Positions 1-11,894 of a stretch of 64,000 nt of DNA are shown here, one piece after another; position 1 is the stretch's first letter; each line of letters starts with the position of its first letter. A model generated the notes under the pieces. That model was not told where the DNA came from. It saw nothing but the letters and a program-made list of their open reading frames with translations, and made no database searches. Origin of the DNA: Chiloscyllium plagiosum (taxonomy: Eukaryota); NCBI RefSeq assembly GCF_004010195.1, contig NC_057718.1:5416325-5480324 (forward strand), written 5' to 3'. Made by a program: the position numbers and the translations under genes.

Positions 1-114
1 CTACACTGAGGGACACCTCTGACCTCCACTCAAATATCACCCACAGCAGAACTATGAGCAAACCTTTCAATAAGAGTGAGGTATTGAAACAATACTGGCA
101 CTCCCTCGTCCACA

Positions 115-350
115 GTCCACTGGGTATCACTCTCACCTTAGTCTTGAAGCCAGAGGTCTGAGGCTTGAGACCCTTTACAGACACCTGAGACCATAAAATA
201 AGCTGACATTCCTGAGTAGGACTGAGGGGGTGCTGTACTGGCGAAGGTTCCTTTTCTTTAGAGTTGGATGTTAAACCAAGACCCCAGCACAGGGTAACAG
301 ACCCCAATGCATAAACAGAAGAAAATTAAAGGTATTCTGCCAGTAACTTC
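115..350 (+). mobile_element. Decayed Deu-domain SINE (SacSINE1/AmnSINE1-like)
   Basis: gctgacattcctgagtaggactgagggggtgctgtactgg...gatgttaaaccaagacccc resembles the Deu-domain core; degraded tRNA-like head upstream. Confidence 0.65.
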
Positions 351-417
351 ATCAAAGTTATTACTTCAGCCCACAGTTTGGAAGAAAATGAGCAAAAAAC
401 AAATGTTAACTAGAGAA

Positions 418-600
418 TGGAAAGGGTGAAAGGGCAAGGGTGAAGGTATAAGGATGAAAGGATAAGGGTGAAGGGATAAAGATTAAAGAATAAATGTAAA
501 GGGTAAGAGTGAAGGGATAAAGGTTAAAGGGTAAATATAAAGAGTAAGGGTGAAGGGATAAAGGTTAAGGAGTAAGGATGAAGTGAGAGAAAGGACAAAC
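418..600. repeat. Degenerate purine-rich tandem repeat (AAGGGTGAAGGGAT-like units)
   Basis: Repeated aagggtgaag/aagggataaa units with almost no C on the + strand. Confidence 0.85.
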
Positions 601-1474
601 CCTGGGATCGTAAAAGTGAAAGCTGTGCTTAAGCATAGAGATGGTGGGCAGCTGTGATAAGGAGTTGAGAAACATGAGCAGAATCTTGAGATGCAAGAGA
701 GGCTGTTTGAGAAGGACGGATAGATATAATTCTAGTCCACCACTGAATTGATGAGAACACAGAGTAGCAAGTGAATGATAGACAGACAGGCAATTTATCG
801 TCACTGTTCCCAGGTCTGGATTAATCCAAAAGTAAAATACTGAAGCTGGTGGCAATCCGAAATAAAATCAGAAACTGTTAGAAATACTTGGCAAACCAGA
901 TACCATCTGTGGAGAGGGAGAAAAACCAAGGGCTGAATCTTTTGTCTTCTGAGCATGAATTGCATTGAGTTTAATGGAGGGATCTTCACTGTAAAATCGC
1001 AAGGGTTTTTTGCCCTGTCTTACCAAACTTATCTCAATAACTAGACACCATATCGCTTTGGCATTCATCACACCCGTTTCCAGCCCAATCTTACCACGGG
1101 CTGGTCCCAGAACAACCCAGCACTCAAGACATCCACTGAAAGAATGGCATCCCTTGCATCCACACTATCTTTGAAAGGCCACTATGTGCCTGGACAAGTG
1201 TTGGCAACCTGGCATTACCCTTCATTAGCCATGGCATAGTACAGCAGCCACAGGTTGACCATAGTGACAAAGCCAGTGCAGCTGGCATTCCCTCACACAA
1301 AAACAAGCACATTCTCTCAGCTTTGTTGCTCAGACAATCTAGTTTACTCAGCCTTAGCTACATCCCACCCATACACAGTCTCTAAGTCACCATGCCCAGA
1401 GCACAGCTAAATGTTATCATTGATCAGAGAGTGGAGCATCAGATAAAGGGATGTAATTAGACAATTCTAAATAT

Positions 1475-1811
1475 GGATGTAGGTTTGCTCGCTGAGCTGG
1501 GAGGTTCATTTCCAGACATTTCATCACCCTACTAGGTAACATTTTCAGTGGGCCTCAGACGAAGCACTGCTGATAAGTCCTGCTTTCAATTTATATGTTT
1601 GGGTTTCTTTGGGTTGGTGATGTCATTTCCAACCCAAAGAAACCCAAATATATAAATTGAAAGCAGGACTTATTAGCACTACTTCATCTGAGGCCCACTG
1701 AAAATGTTACCTAGTAGGGTGATGAAACGTCTGGAAATGAACCTCCCAGCTCGGCGAGCAGACCTACATCCAGAACCTCAATCTGAGCTACAAATCTTCT
1801 CAAAACTCGCT
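1475..1811 (+). mobile_element. Penelope-like terminal element in fold-back form, with hammerhead-like motif
   Basis: ~144-bp inverted arms (1474-1617 / 1629-1772), 12-bp TSD aattctaaatat (1463-1474, 1812-1823), ctgaaaa..stem..gaaacgtc at 1698-1731. Confidence 0.8.
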
Positions 1812-2159
1812 AATTCTAAATATCAATTTCTATTTACATGCAGCCAAATCAAAAGCGAACTCAAACAGAGACTGCAGTTCTCCCCCTCAGTGCTAACTAA
1901 ATGGTGGCATTGGGACCAACAAATATTTTACATTCTGCAAGGTACCAGACCCATGTGTCATTGTGATTCTGGTTTGTAGCCCTAGTCGCAGATGCTCCAT
2001 CACGGCCCACATCATAGTTTGCGGCACAGGTGGCATTGTACCTGGCTTCACATCAGTCAGGGGGGTTACACAGTGCTGTCATAGTCACCTCTGTTCCCCC
2101 CCAGTAACCAGCCTACTAAGGCACCTGGACGCTCAAACAGTGCTCCAGGATCATTGCAT

Positions 2160-2420
2160 TCCCACAGTGGGGAAGGAGGTCATTCAGCCCATTAAGTCTG
2201 CAACAACCCTCCCAGACCTATCCCTACATAGCCTAACACTTCCCCCCTCCATTGGGGTTTTTAACCATGACTAGCCCAACCAACCTGCACATCTTTGAAC
2301 TGAGGGAGGACTCACACGCAGATACAGGGAGAGTGTGAAAACTCCAGACATACCGTCAGCTGACGGTGGAATTGAACCTGGGTTCCTGGTGCTGTGAGAC
2401 AGCAGTGCTGACTATTGGGT
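2160..2420 (-). mobile_element. HE1/V-SINE-type tRNA-derived SINE, decayed
   Basis: Reverse complement of cagcactgctgtctcacagcaccaggaacccaggttcaattcc head and aaagatgtgcaggtt body. Confidence 0.8.
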
Positions 2421-3305
2421 CACCAAATGTAGGAGCTGTTGCAGCGCCTCCTAAGGTACCAACTGAGTTCTGTTGGTTCTCCTGAGGTGCCAATATGCTA
2501 GCAGGCACAGAATGGCATGGCAGGAAAAGGAAAGACAAGAAATGCTTTGAGCAAGTAGGTAGTTACTCAGTGAGCAAGCACTAAGAGAACACGTGAGTAT
2601 CTGTGAGATAAAGGCTGGTCCCATGTGTGAACTTGATCTCTCTCTTTGCACGCATGGTATCCTTCCTGAAACTTTTCAGTGCTAGTTCCCATGCATCTCG
2701 CAATTTGATCTTTATTTATTCATGCATAGGATGTGGGCATCACTGCATGGGCTAGAATTTATTGCCATTTATTGAGGTGGTGTTGAGCTACGTTCTTGAA
2801 GCTCCACAGTCCATGTCTTGTAGGTAGATCCACATTGCTGTTAGGGATGAATTCCAGGATTTTGACCCAGCAACACTAAAGGAATGATGATGTATTTCCA
2901 AGTCAAGATGGTGAGAGGTTTGGAGGGGAACTGGTCGGCTGTGGTGTTCCCATATATCTGTAGGTCTTGTCCTTCCTGATGGAAGAGGTCATGGGTTTGA
3001 AAGATGTTCTCTAAGGATGTTTGGAGAATTTCTGCAGTGCATCTTGTAAATGGTACACTGCTGCTACTGAGCATTGACGATGAAAGGAGTGGATGTTTGT
3101 GGATGTGATGCCAATCAAGTGGCTGCTTTGTCCTGGATGGTGTTAAGCTTCTTGAGTGTTGTTGGAGCTGTGGATGTGGTGCCAATCAAGCGGCTGCTTT
3201 GTCCTGGATGGTGTTAAGCTTCTTGAGTGTTGTTGGAGCTGCCCCCATCCAGGCAAGTGGGGAGTATTCCATCATACTCTGAACTTGTGCTTTGTAGATG
3301 GTGGA

Positions 3306-3531
3306 GAAAGTGAGGTCTGCAGATGCTGGAGATCAAAGTTGAAACTTTATTGCTGGAACAGCACAGCAGGTCAGGCAGCATCCAGGGAACAGGAGATTCG
3401 ACGTTTCGGGCACAGGCCCTTCTTCAGGAATGAGAAGGGCCTGTGAAGAAGGGCCTGTGCCCGAAACGTCGAATCTCCTGTTCCCTGGATGCTGCCTGAC
3501 CTGCTGTGCTGTTCCAGCAATAAAGTTTCAA
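3306..3531 (-). mobile_element. Penelope-like fold-back element with perfect 93-bp inverted repeat and minimal hammerhead ribozyme
   Basis: Arms 3334-3426 / 3444-3536 are exact reverse complements; 16-bp TSD ctttgtagatggtgga (3290-3305, 3532-3547). Confidence 0.85.
3396..3431 (-). ncRNA. Minimal type-I hammerhead ribozyme motif (PLE-type)
   Basis: Minus strand AUUC-CUGAAGA-A-GGGC-CUGU-GCCC-GAAACGUC-GAAU: CUGANGA core, stem II, GAAA, palindromic ACGU stem III, 4-bp stem I. Confidence 0.75.
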
Positions 3532-4439
3532 CTTTGTAGATGGTGGACAGTCTTTGGGGAGTCAGGAGGTGAGTTACAAATCCTGAATGCACAATTCCTA
3601 TCCTCTGACCAATTCTGATAGACATTGTATTGATGTAGCTAGCCCAGTTCAATTTCTGAAAAATGACAATCCACAGGATGTTAACAGTGGGATAATCAGT
3701 GATGGCAATCAATGATGGCAGTGGCTAGATTCTCTTTTGTTGGAATTGATCATTGCCTGGCACTTGTGTGGTACAAATATTACTTGTCACTTGTCAGCCC
3801 AAGCCTGGATATTGTCCAGATTTTGTTGCATTTGAACATGGACTGCTTCAGTATCTGAGGAATTGCAAATAGTCCTAAACATTGTGCAATCATGGGTAAA
3901 CATCCCCATTTCTGACCTTATGATGGAGGGAAGGTTATTGATGAAGCAGTTGAAGATGATTGGGCCTAGGACACTGCCCTGAGGAACTCCAGCTGAGGTG
4001 ACTGTTGTCCAAAAATCACAACCATCTTCCTTTGTGGCAGGTGTGACTCTAACCTGTGGAGAGTTAGCCCCTTGATACTTATTGATTCCAGTCTTGCTAG
4101 GACTCCTTGATGCTACATTCAATCAAATGCAACTTCCTCAGTGGCCTGTAACTGAATTGAACAGATCCCATGATAGTTGTGAGGATAGTTGAAAAATGGC
4201 AAATGTTAGTGTCTATGGATGAGGAGCTTGTGCAGCTGGTGCTCAGGAATTACACCTTATTCAAAGTGAGAAGTCCTTCACCTGACAAGAGAGCAACCCT
4301 CTGAAAGCTTGTTATTTCAAATTAACTTGTGTCCACCCCAATACAGCCACATCATGCCTGGAAGTGTTGTATGGGCAAACACAACATGGAGGTTGTTCAG
4401 AGCAAGCACTGAGCTAAATAACTGCTTTCGTAGAGTCCT

Positions 4440-4775
4440 TGCAGTGCAGAAAGAGACTGCTCGGCCCACTGAACCTGCACCAATCCTCCAAAAGAAGGCA
4501 TCTCCCCCAAAACCGAGCCTTCCACCCTATCCCCCTGATCATGCATTTCCCATGGCTAATCCACCTAGTCTACACATCCTTGGACATGTTAGCACAGCTA
4601 ATCTACCTAACCTGCACATCTTCAAACCGTGGGAGGAAGCTAGAGCACCTGATGGAAACACATGCAGACACAGGGAGAATGTGCAAACTCCACACAGACA
4701 GTCGCCCGCAGCTGGAATTGAGCCAGGGTCCCTGAGAGACAACAGGGCTAACCACTAAGCCACTGTGCTGCCCAT
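4440..4775 (-). mobile_element. HE1/V-SINE-type SINE
   Basis: Reverse complement of gggcagcacagtggcttagtggttagc head and ctgtgtggagtttgcacattctccc body. Confidence 0.85.
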
Positions 4776-6183
4776 TTCTGAGACCTGCTTAGTCCAGCTC
4801 ATTAGATGCATTTGGCAGGCTAGCAGGATAAATATTAATGAGGAGAGTTGTACCATTATGCTTAATAATGTTTTAAAATGATTTTGAAATGTTTAACGAG
4901 CCACTTCAATGATAACCCACCTTGGCCAAGCACGAAGCTCATGACCCCACTTGGCGAAAGTATACAAGATGGAGTGAGTATTCCTGAGGCGGAGATAGAC
5001 CTCAATGAACTTCTCATTCGATTCTGCCGCAAAACTCCCCATTGGTCACACCACTCAGATCCCCTAAGATTTCATGTGTCATGATGATGTGATGATTTTG
5101 TTTGCTGTTTCACCACACATTACTCAAAACATTGATATATAGTTAAATTCAATCAACATTGATATATAGTTAAATTTCGACCCAGTAGGGGTCAAGTCTA
5201 AATTGATCTTAAAACGGAGCCAGGCATTTAATGTGAAGAAAGGGTTTGATGACCAGACTCAGAGAAATCGTTTCCATTTGTGGCTGAGTTCAGAACAAAG
5301 AGCACATCAATATATGAATCACTGATAGATCGAGTGATTAATTTGCAGCATCTATTTACACAGAGAGTGATGGACAATGTGAAACATGCTGCCACGTACA
5401 GTGACTGCAACACAAACCATTGGTTTAAAGATTAGTGGAGGAGAATGGGGTAGAGATAAATATAGATTAAGATGGGGAGAGATTGGGGAAGATAGGAATA
5501 TGGAGCAGCTGGGCTGCGTGCTGATTCAGTGGAAGGCTGTGCCAATGTTTGCCTCCATTATGCTGTCCAGTAGCCCACTCCACCCTGCATTGATCACTCC
5601 CTGATTGATGAAAGTTTAGTGCTGTATCGACCTTTCCACCACCAAGATTTAGCTGGAAGTCACATTCGTCTCATTTAATATCACCCACAACTCGAAGCAT
5701 AAGGGAGCTCAGAGAAGAGAACAACTCGTTCTGACCTTGATGGTGAATTAATGGAACAGAAATAGAACATTGGAACAAGGCACAAGATGTTTCATGCTCT
5801 CCTGAAGGACTAAGTGCCCTGTTATTACTGTATTGGATATATTGTTTGCGAACTAGATATGATGAATGGCTGTGTAATCCTTACTTGAAGGAAGAGATTA
5901 ATATCGATCTTCAATATTGTGTAGGCACTGGCATTACTCTGGGCGATGTTGTGGATGTTGATATGATGATCTTTGTATCCACAAAAGTGTATACTCTCTC
6001 GATTATGTAGAGTTAGGCTTACCTTTGGAGCTTGGCAAAATTGATGCAATAAAACTCAGAGCTCACTCTGAAATGATGGGCAAAGTTCTCTGCTCTCATT
6101 CATGGTGTGTCTAGTGGTGGCAAAGTGAAATAATTGCACAGAGACTGGTATCCCGTCACCAAGCCCCCCTTTATTTACAAGGA

Positions 6184-6815
6184 CAAAGTTAAAAATCACA
6201 CAACACCAGGTGATAGTCCAACAGGTTTATTTGGAAGCACTAGCTTTCAGAACACTGCTCCTTCGTCAGGTAGCTGTGGAACAGGGTCATAAGGCACAGA
6301 ATTTATAGCAAAAGATCACAGTGCCATGCAACTATAATGATATATTGAACAAAGCGAGATTGCTGTTGAATCTTTCATCTTTTAGCATGGGTTGCAGGTT
6401 TCAGTAAATCCCAGAACTTCTTTGAAGTCACATTGTCAAGATAACTTAATTTATATTTTAAAAAGTATAAGCCTATGAGAGGGTGTGTGCATGGGCATGG
6501 ATGTGGGTGTGGGGGAATGTGTGTGTGTCTGAGAGAGACAGTGTATATGAGAGAGGGTCTGTGTGAGTATGTAAGAGTGTGTGTGTATGTGCGTGTGTAT
6601 GTGAGTGAGTGTATAGTGTAGTGGGGTCACCTGTAGTGTGATATGAATCCAAGTTCTCAGCTGAGGCCATCCTCATGGGTACCAAACTGGACTATCAGCC
6701 TCTGCTTGGCCAGTCTGTGTTGTTGCATATCTGAAGTGCGCCTTTGAGGATGGTCAACCTAAAATCTGATGCCACATGTCCCTGACTGCTGAAGTGTTCC
6801 CCGACTGGCACCTCC
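6184..6815 (-). mobile_element. Penelope-like element 3' end (GIY-YIG C-terminal remnant, CA-rich tract, hammerhead motif)
   Basis: Minus translation PVGEHFSSQGHVASDFRLTIL...FGTHEDGLS; CUGACGA-AGGAGCAGUGUUCU-GAAAGCUA at 6241-6269. Confidence 0.75.
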
Positions 6816-6875
6816 ACTCATTTACTTGTGCACAGTCCACTACTGGTGAACATGAGATTCGAAATCCTTGGTTAA

Positions 6876-7423
6876 TTTTTTTTCTTTTTCTTTTTTTTTC
6901 TCTTTTTTTTCTTTTTTTTAAGGTAGGCAAACACCAGACCGGCCAGTGACAAGCAGTGCCCTTCTCAACAAAATGCAATGCAGGCTTGTTCTTTTCTATT
7001 TTTTAAAACAGTGAAGGACTCCTGTTTGTTTTTTTTAATAATATTAACCCCCACACTACCACCTAAGTGCGGTAGTGCTTATTTTTTCCCCAGCACCCAT
7101 GGTGTGTGTGCAGGTGTGAGACACAGTGAGAGACACAAAGTGCACAAATCTTTCTTCAATTTCCACCACCAGGAAGATAGGAAAACACCCGGGTGGCCAG
7201 TGACAAACACTGCCTTTCACATCAAAGGGCAGTGCTGTGTGATCAAAACAGTGAAGGGGAGGGTAGGGACTAAATCAAAATAGAGTTGGAGGGAGAAATA
7301 ATGCACTCCACTCCCTGCGGCGCCCACCTCTCCCTGAACAACTCCAGGGTGTTGGTCGACACCGCGTGCTTCTTCTCCAAGGACACCCGGGCCCTAACGT
7401 AACCGCGGAAGAGGGGCAGGCAA
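6876..7423 (-). mobile_element. 5'-truncated Tx1/L1-clade non-LTR retrotransposon with poly(A) tail and TSD
   Basis: ORF2 C-terminus CLPLFRGYVRARVSLEKKHAVSTNTLELFRERWAPQGVECIISPSNSILI* (7422-7270), poly-T 6876-6919, 14-bp TSD aaatccttggttaa (6862-6875, 7424-7437). Confidence 0.85.
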
Positions 7424-8654
7424 AAATCCTTGGTTAAATTGATCATCCAGGGCTCCCTGATTGGCCCAGATTAACAAGCACAGTCAAGGATCTTATTGTC
7501 AATAAGATCTACCTGGTTCCAATTACTATAGAGGGGCATGGAATTAGATAAGATTGTGTTGTACTTGAATCCCATTGCATTTGCACCTCCTCCTGAATTA
7601 CATTCTGGATCAAATAACACATGATTGACTTTTTTTTCCCTGCATCGGTCAGTCCAGTTGTGGACTCGGCAGCAGCTAAACCTTATGTGGGTCCCTTGAT
7701 CAAAGACAGTCAGTGCTGATCAGGGGATCAGATACCAGGATGAAGAGGGATCCAGATAGCCAAATTCTTGTCCTTGCAACCAACCTCCACCCTCCTTGAA
7801 CTACAACCCAACCCTGTCCGGTGAACAACCGCAGCCCCACTCGTGTGTTCCATACCCTTAGCCTGGGACACTCCCATAATCCTGTGCATCTGAGAGGGTA
7901 TTTTTCCTGAAGCAGCTATGATCTCTCCCTGATACCACGCCCAAGCACAAGGCCCGTCAGCCTCACATTGATCTGGCTTGGCAGGCATGACCTCTGGCCT
8001 TGGGGATGGGGGAATGGAGGGGGCCAGACCCATGGGGAAGTCCCAACAACTGTCTTGCCACTTCCTGGTTGGTGCATGATTCAGCAAGCTTTCCCATAAA
8101 GAGGGGAGTAGGGGGTCTTGACAAGACCCTCGATACCTCAATAAGATTCTGGCCATTAACTCTGTTTACCTCCACAGATGATTCCTGGCGTGTTGAGTAT
8201 TCCCAGGTTATTTTTGGTTTTAAGAACAGAGTTTGATTGTTGAAGCAGTGAATGACAAGCTCCAGGTATGAATGGAAGAAGGTCAGAGGCCCTACTGTGC
8301 AGCAGTGGTAGTGTCCTTACCCATGGAGCAGGAGCCCTCTTGTGCAGCAGTCCTTACCCATGGAGCAGGAGGCATATGTTCCTGCAATAATAAAAACAAT
8401 GCTGAACTGTTTGATCAGAAAAGTAGATTAAATTTAAAATGAAAAGACCCCGCAGTTCTTGAGTCTAACCTCTTTGATAATGCAGAATGAATATTGTTTT
8501 ATTCTGCTGATCACCAATTAGCACAGAACATCGCTGCTTCAATCAGATGTTAGTTGAAGATATGACAACATTATGAGAGCACTCATCACAAGTTTGTGCA
8601 GATACAGCCTGATCGAGATTCCCTCTTTATCTGAGACATCTGGTGAAATTGTAA

Positions 8655-9062
8655 GGAGAAGCTAGAAAAACTCGAGTTGTTTCTCTTGAGCAATGGAAGC
8701 TGAGGGGAGATTTGATAGAAGTCTATAGAATTATGAGATGAATAGATAGGATTGACAGTCAGAATCTTTTTTCCCAGCGATGAGATGTCTAAAACAAGTG
8801 GAGCATGCATTTAAGGGGAGAAAGGAAAGTTCAAAGATGATGGAAGGGGCAAGTTTTTATCGGAGAGCGGTAGGAGTCTGGAATATGCTGCCAGGGGTGG
8901 TAGTGGAGGCAAAATTGATAGGTGGACTTAAAGGACTCTTAGATAAACACATAAATATGCAAAACATGGAGAGATATGGACCAAGGACAGGCAGAAGGAA
9001 TTAGTTAAATTTAGCAAGTTCAGAGCAACATTGTGGGCTGTTCCTGTTCTGCACTGTTCTAT
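8655..9062 (+). mobile_element. CR1 LINE 3' fragment
   Basis: FSLEQWKLRGDLIEVY..., VGVWNMLPGVVVEA motifs, ctgttctat tail. Confidence 0.85.
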
Positions 9063-9094
9063 AAATAGATCATTCCTCATGGGTCTCCAGCGTA

Positions 9095-9370
9095 GAATCC
9101 CTACAGTGGAGAAGCAGGCCATTCAGCCCATCAAGTCCACACCAAGCCTCCGTACAGCATCACACCCAGATGAACATCCTCTACCCTATCCCTGTAACCC
9201 TGCATTTCCCATGGTCAATCCAGCTAACCTGTACATGTGGGAGGAAACCCAAAGGTAAACAGGGAGAATGTACAAACTCTCCACAGACAGGCACCCGAAG
9301 GTGAAAGCAAACCCGTATCCCTGGTACAGGGAGGCTGCAGTGCCAACCACTGAGCCACCATGCTGCCCAT
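9095..9370 (-). mobile_element. HE1/V-SINE-type SINE
   Basis: Reverse complement of gggcagcatggtggctcagtggttggcactgc head and ccactgtagggattc end. Confidence 0.85.
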
Positions 9371-9866
9371 CAGTCTCAATTTTTTTTATAAAGCTGGTGA
9401 GTGGTATTTATTAGTCTATGCATCTCAAGCATACAACCTGGCTGCGTAGTCATGGAAACTGGTGTGGAAAGATATCCAGGCAGACAAACCTTACCTAAAC
9501 TGCAGACCTCTCTCCAGCAGGGAGAGATCTCCAGAGAATCAATGGGAAAATAAAAGTCATGCCAATCGAAAATAATAGTTTTGCTTCTTATGAGGAAATG
9601 AACATCGATGCTGGGTAACTCCCTCAGAATCCAATTCTATTTTGAATTGATGTCCAGGTGTGGAATGTGTGTGAAAATGTATCAGAAAATCTCAGCAGTA
9701 AAGTCCTGGGGTAATGAAGGCAAACTGAGGTGATGCTTGTATTTATATATGTTGGACCTCTGCAAAGATGACACTGGTTTCGATGTGTGTGATTGGTTTT
9801 ATTCACAGTACTTTAAAAAGTCTGTACTGTACTGTGCTCATCCTACAGCTGTCTACTTGCTCATTG

Positions 9867-10951
9867 CAGAAAATACGGAGGCATGGGTTTGAGGGTGATT
9901 TAGCAGTTTGCATCAGAAATTGGCTAGCTGTAATAAGACAGAGTGTGGTGGCTCATGGGAGATGTCCATCCTGGAGTCGCTTACTAGTGGTGTACTGCAA
10001 GGATCTGTTTTGGGGCCATTGCTGTTTGTCATTTTCATAAATGCCCTGGATGAGGGCATAGAAGGATGGGTTAGTAAATATGCAATAATGCTGAAGTCGG
10101 TGGAGTTGTGGATAATGTGGAAGGATGTTGCAGGTTACAGAGGGACATAGATAAGCTCCAGTGCTGGGCTGAGAGGTGGCAAGTAGAGTTTAATGCAGAA
10201 AAGTGTGAGATGATTCACTTTGGAAGGAACAACAGGAATGCAGTGTACAGGCTCTTGGTAAGATTCTTGGTCATGTAGATGAGCAGAGAGACCTCCGTGT
10301 CCATGTGCATAGATCCCTGAAAGTTGCCACCCACATTGATCAGGTTGTTAAGAAGGCATACATTGTGTTAGCTTTTATTGGTAGAGGGATTGGGTTTTGG
10401 AGCTACGAGGTCATGCTGCAGCTGTACAAAATGCTGGCGTGGCCGCACTTGGAGTATTGCGAGTCTGGTTGCTGCATTATAGGATGGATGTGGAAAGTTT
10501 GGAAAGGGTGCAGAGGAGAATTACAAGGATTTTGCCTGGTATGGAGGGAAGGTCTTATGAGGAAAGGATGAAGGATTTTTGGCTGTTTTCATTTAAGAGG
10601 TTAAGAGATGACTTAATAGACATACAAGATGATCAGAGGATTAGATAGGATGGACAGTGAGAGCCTTTTTCTTCAGATGGTGATGGCTAGCATGAGGGAA
10701 CATTACTTGAAATTGAGGAGTGATAGATACAGGACAGATATTAGAGGTAGGTTCTTTACTCAGAGAGTAGTAGGGACGTGGAAAGCCCTGCCTGCAACAG
10801 TAGTAGACTCGCCAACTTTAAGGGCATTTAAACGGTCATTGGATAAATATATGGATGAAAATGGAATGGTGTCGGTTAGATAGGATTCAGATTGGTTTCA
10901 CAGATCAGCACAACATTGAAAGATGAAGGGCTGTAATGTTCTATGTTCTAA
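9867..10951 (+). mobile_element. CR1 LINE, 5'-truncated ORF2 RT and 3' UTR
   Basis: [42 protein letters not shown]; (atgttct)n tail. Confidence 0.92.
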
Positions 10952-11129
10952 GTCCACACACAGGGCTTAACCAAACAAGCACAGCAAGCATAGGCCAGAC
11001 ATACTGGAACAAGGGTTGAATGACCATAGTAGTGGTCAAGAAGGCAAGGAGAATGTTTGCCCTTATGAAATGGAGTATAAGAACAGGGAGATTGTGCTGG
11101 AACTGAATATATTATTCACTATATCATTT

Positions 11130-11400
11130 GGGGTAGCACAGTGGCTCAGTTCTTAGCACTGCTGCCTCATAAAAGCAGCGACCGCGTTTGATTCCACCCT
11201 CAGGCAAATGGCTGTGCGAAATTTGCACATTCTCCCCATGTTTGCGTGGGTTTCCTCCTGGTTCTCTGGTTTCCTCTCATGGTCCAAAGATGTGCAGGTT
11301 AGGTGGATTGGCCATGGGAAATGCAGGGTTACAGAGGTAGGGTAGGTCTGGGTGGGATGCTTTTCGGAGGGTTGGTATCGGCTGAATAGCCTCCTTCCAC
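11130..11400 (+). mobile_element. HE1/V-SINE-type SINE
   Basis: gggtagcacagtggctcagttcttagcactgctgcctca head and tccaaagatgtgcaggttagg body. Confidence 0.85.
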
Positions 11401-11464
11401 GTGCTGCTTGGATACTTCTACGTGCTGCTTGGATACTAAGATCAGTCATTGTCATTGCATTACC

Positions 11465-11887
11465 ATAGAACATAGAACATTACAGCGCAATACAGGCCCT
11501 TCAGTCCTCAATGTTGCGCTGACCTATGGAACCAATCTGAAGCCTTTCCATCCTACACTATTCTGTTTTCATCCATATATCTATCCAATGACCATTTAAA
11601 TGTCCTTAAAGTTGGCGAGTCTACTACTGTTGCAGGCAGTGTGTTCCATGCCCCTACTACTCTCTGAGTAAAGAAACTACCTCTGACATCTGTCCTATAT
11701 CTATCACCCCTCAGTTTAAAGCTATGTCCCCTCGTGCTAGCCATCATCATCTGAGGAAAAAGGCTCGCACTGTCCACCCTATCTAACCCTCTGATCATCT
11801 GATATGTCTCAATTAAATCACCTCTCGACCTTCTTTTCTTGAGTGAAAACAACCTCAAGTCCCTCAGCCTTTCCTCATAAGACCTAT
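11465..11887 (-). mobile_element. CR1 LINE 3' fragment
   Basis: ORF 11553-11858 (RGDLIETY...RVVGAWNTLP); catagaacatagaacat tail. Confidence 0.92.
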
Positions 11888-11894
11888 GACAAAC

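Larger units (their letters stand above)
2710..4132 (-). mobile_element. CR1-group LINE 3' portion (family with PSKPLTILTWKYI-type 3' region), internally deleted and interrupted by a PLE hairpin
   Basis: RT motifs AGVPQGSVLGPIIFNCFINNLP...MFTHDC (ORF 3787-4122); 3' end ..cacatcctatgcatgaataaat. Confidence 0.85.

Noticed and set aside
7728..8236. Overlapping 70-142 aa ORFs in a GC-richer block
   Set aside because: No recognisable domain or splice structure; more likely a DNA-transposon relic
8500..8552. Possible third copy of the 34464/44919 element (ttctgctgatca...aacatcgctgcttc)
   Set aside because: Only two short word matches with different spacing; compatible with chance
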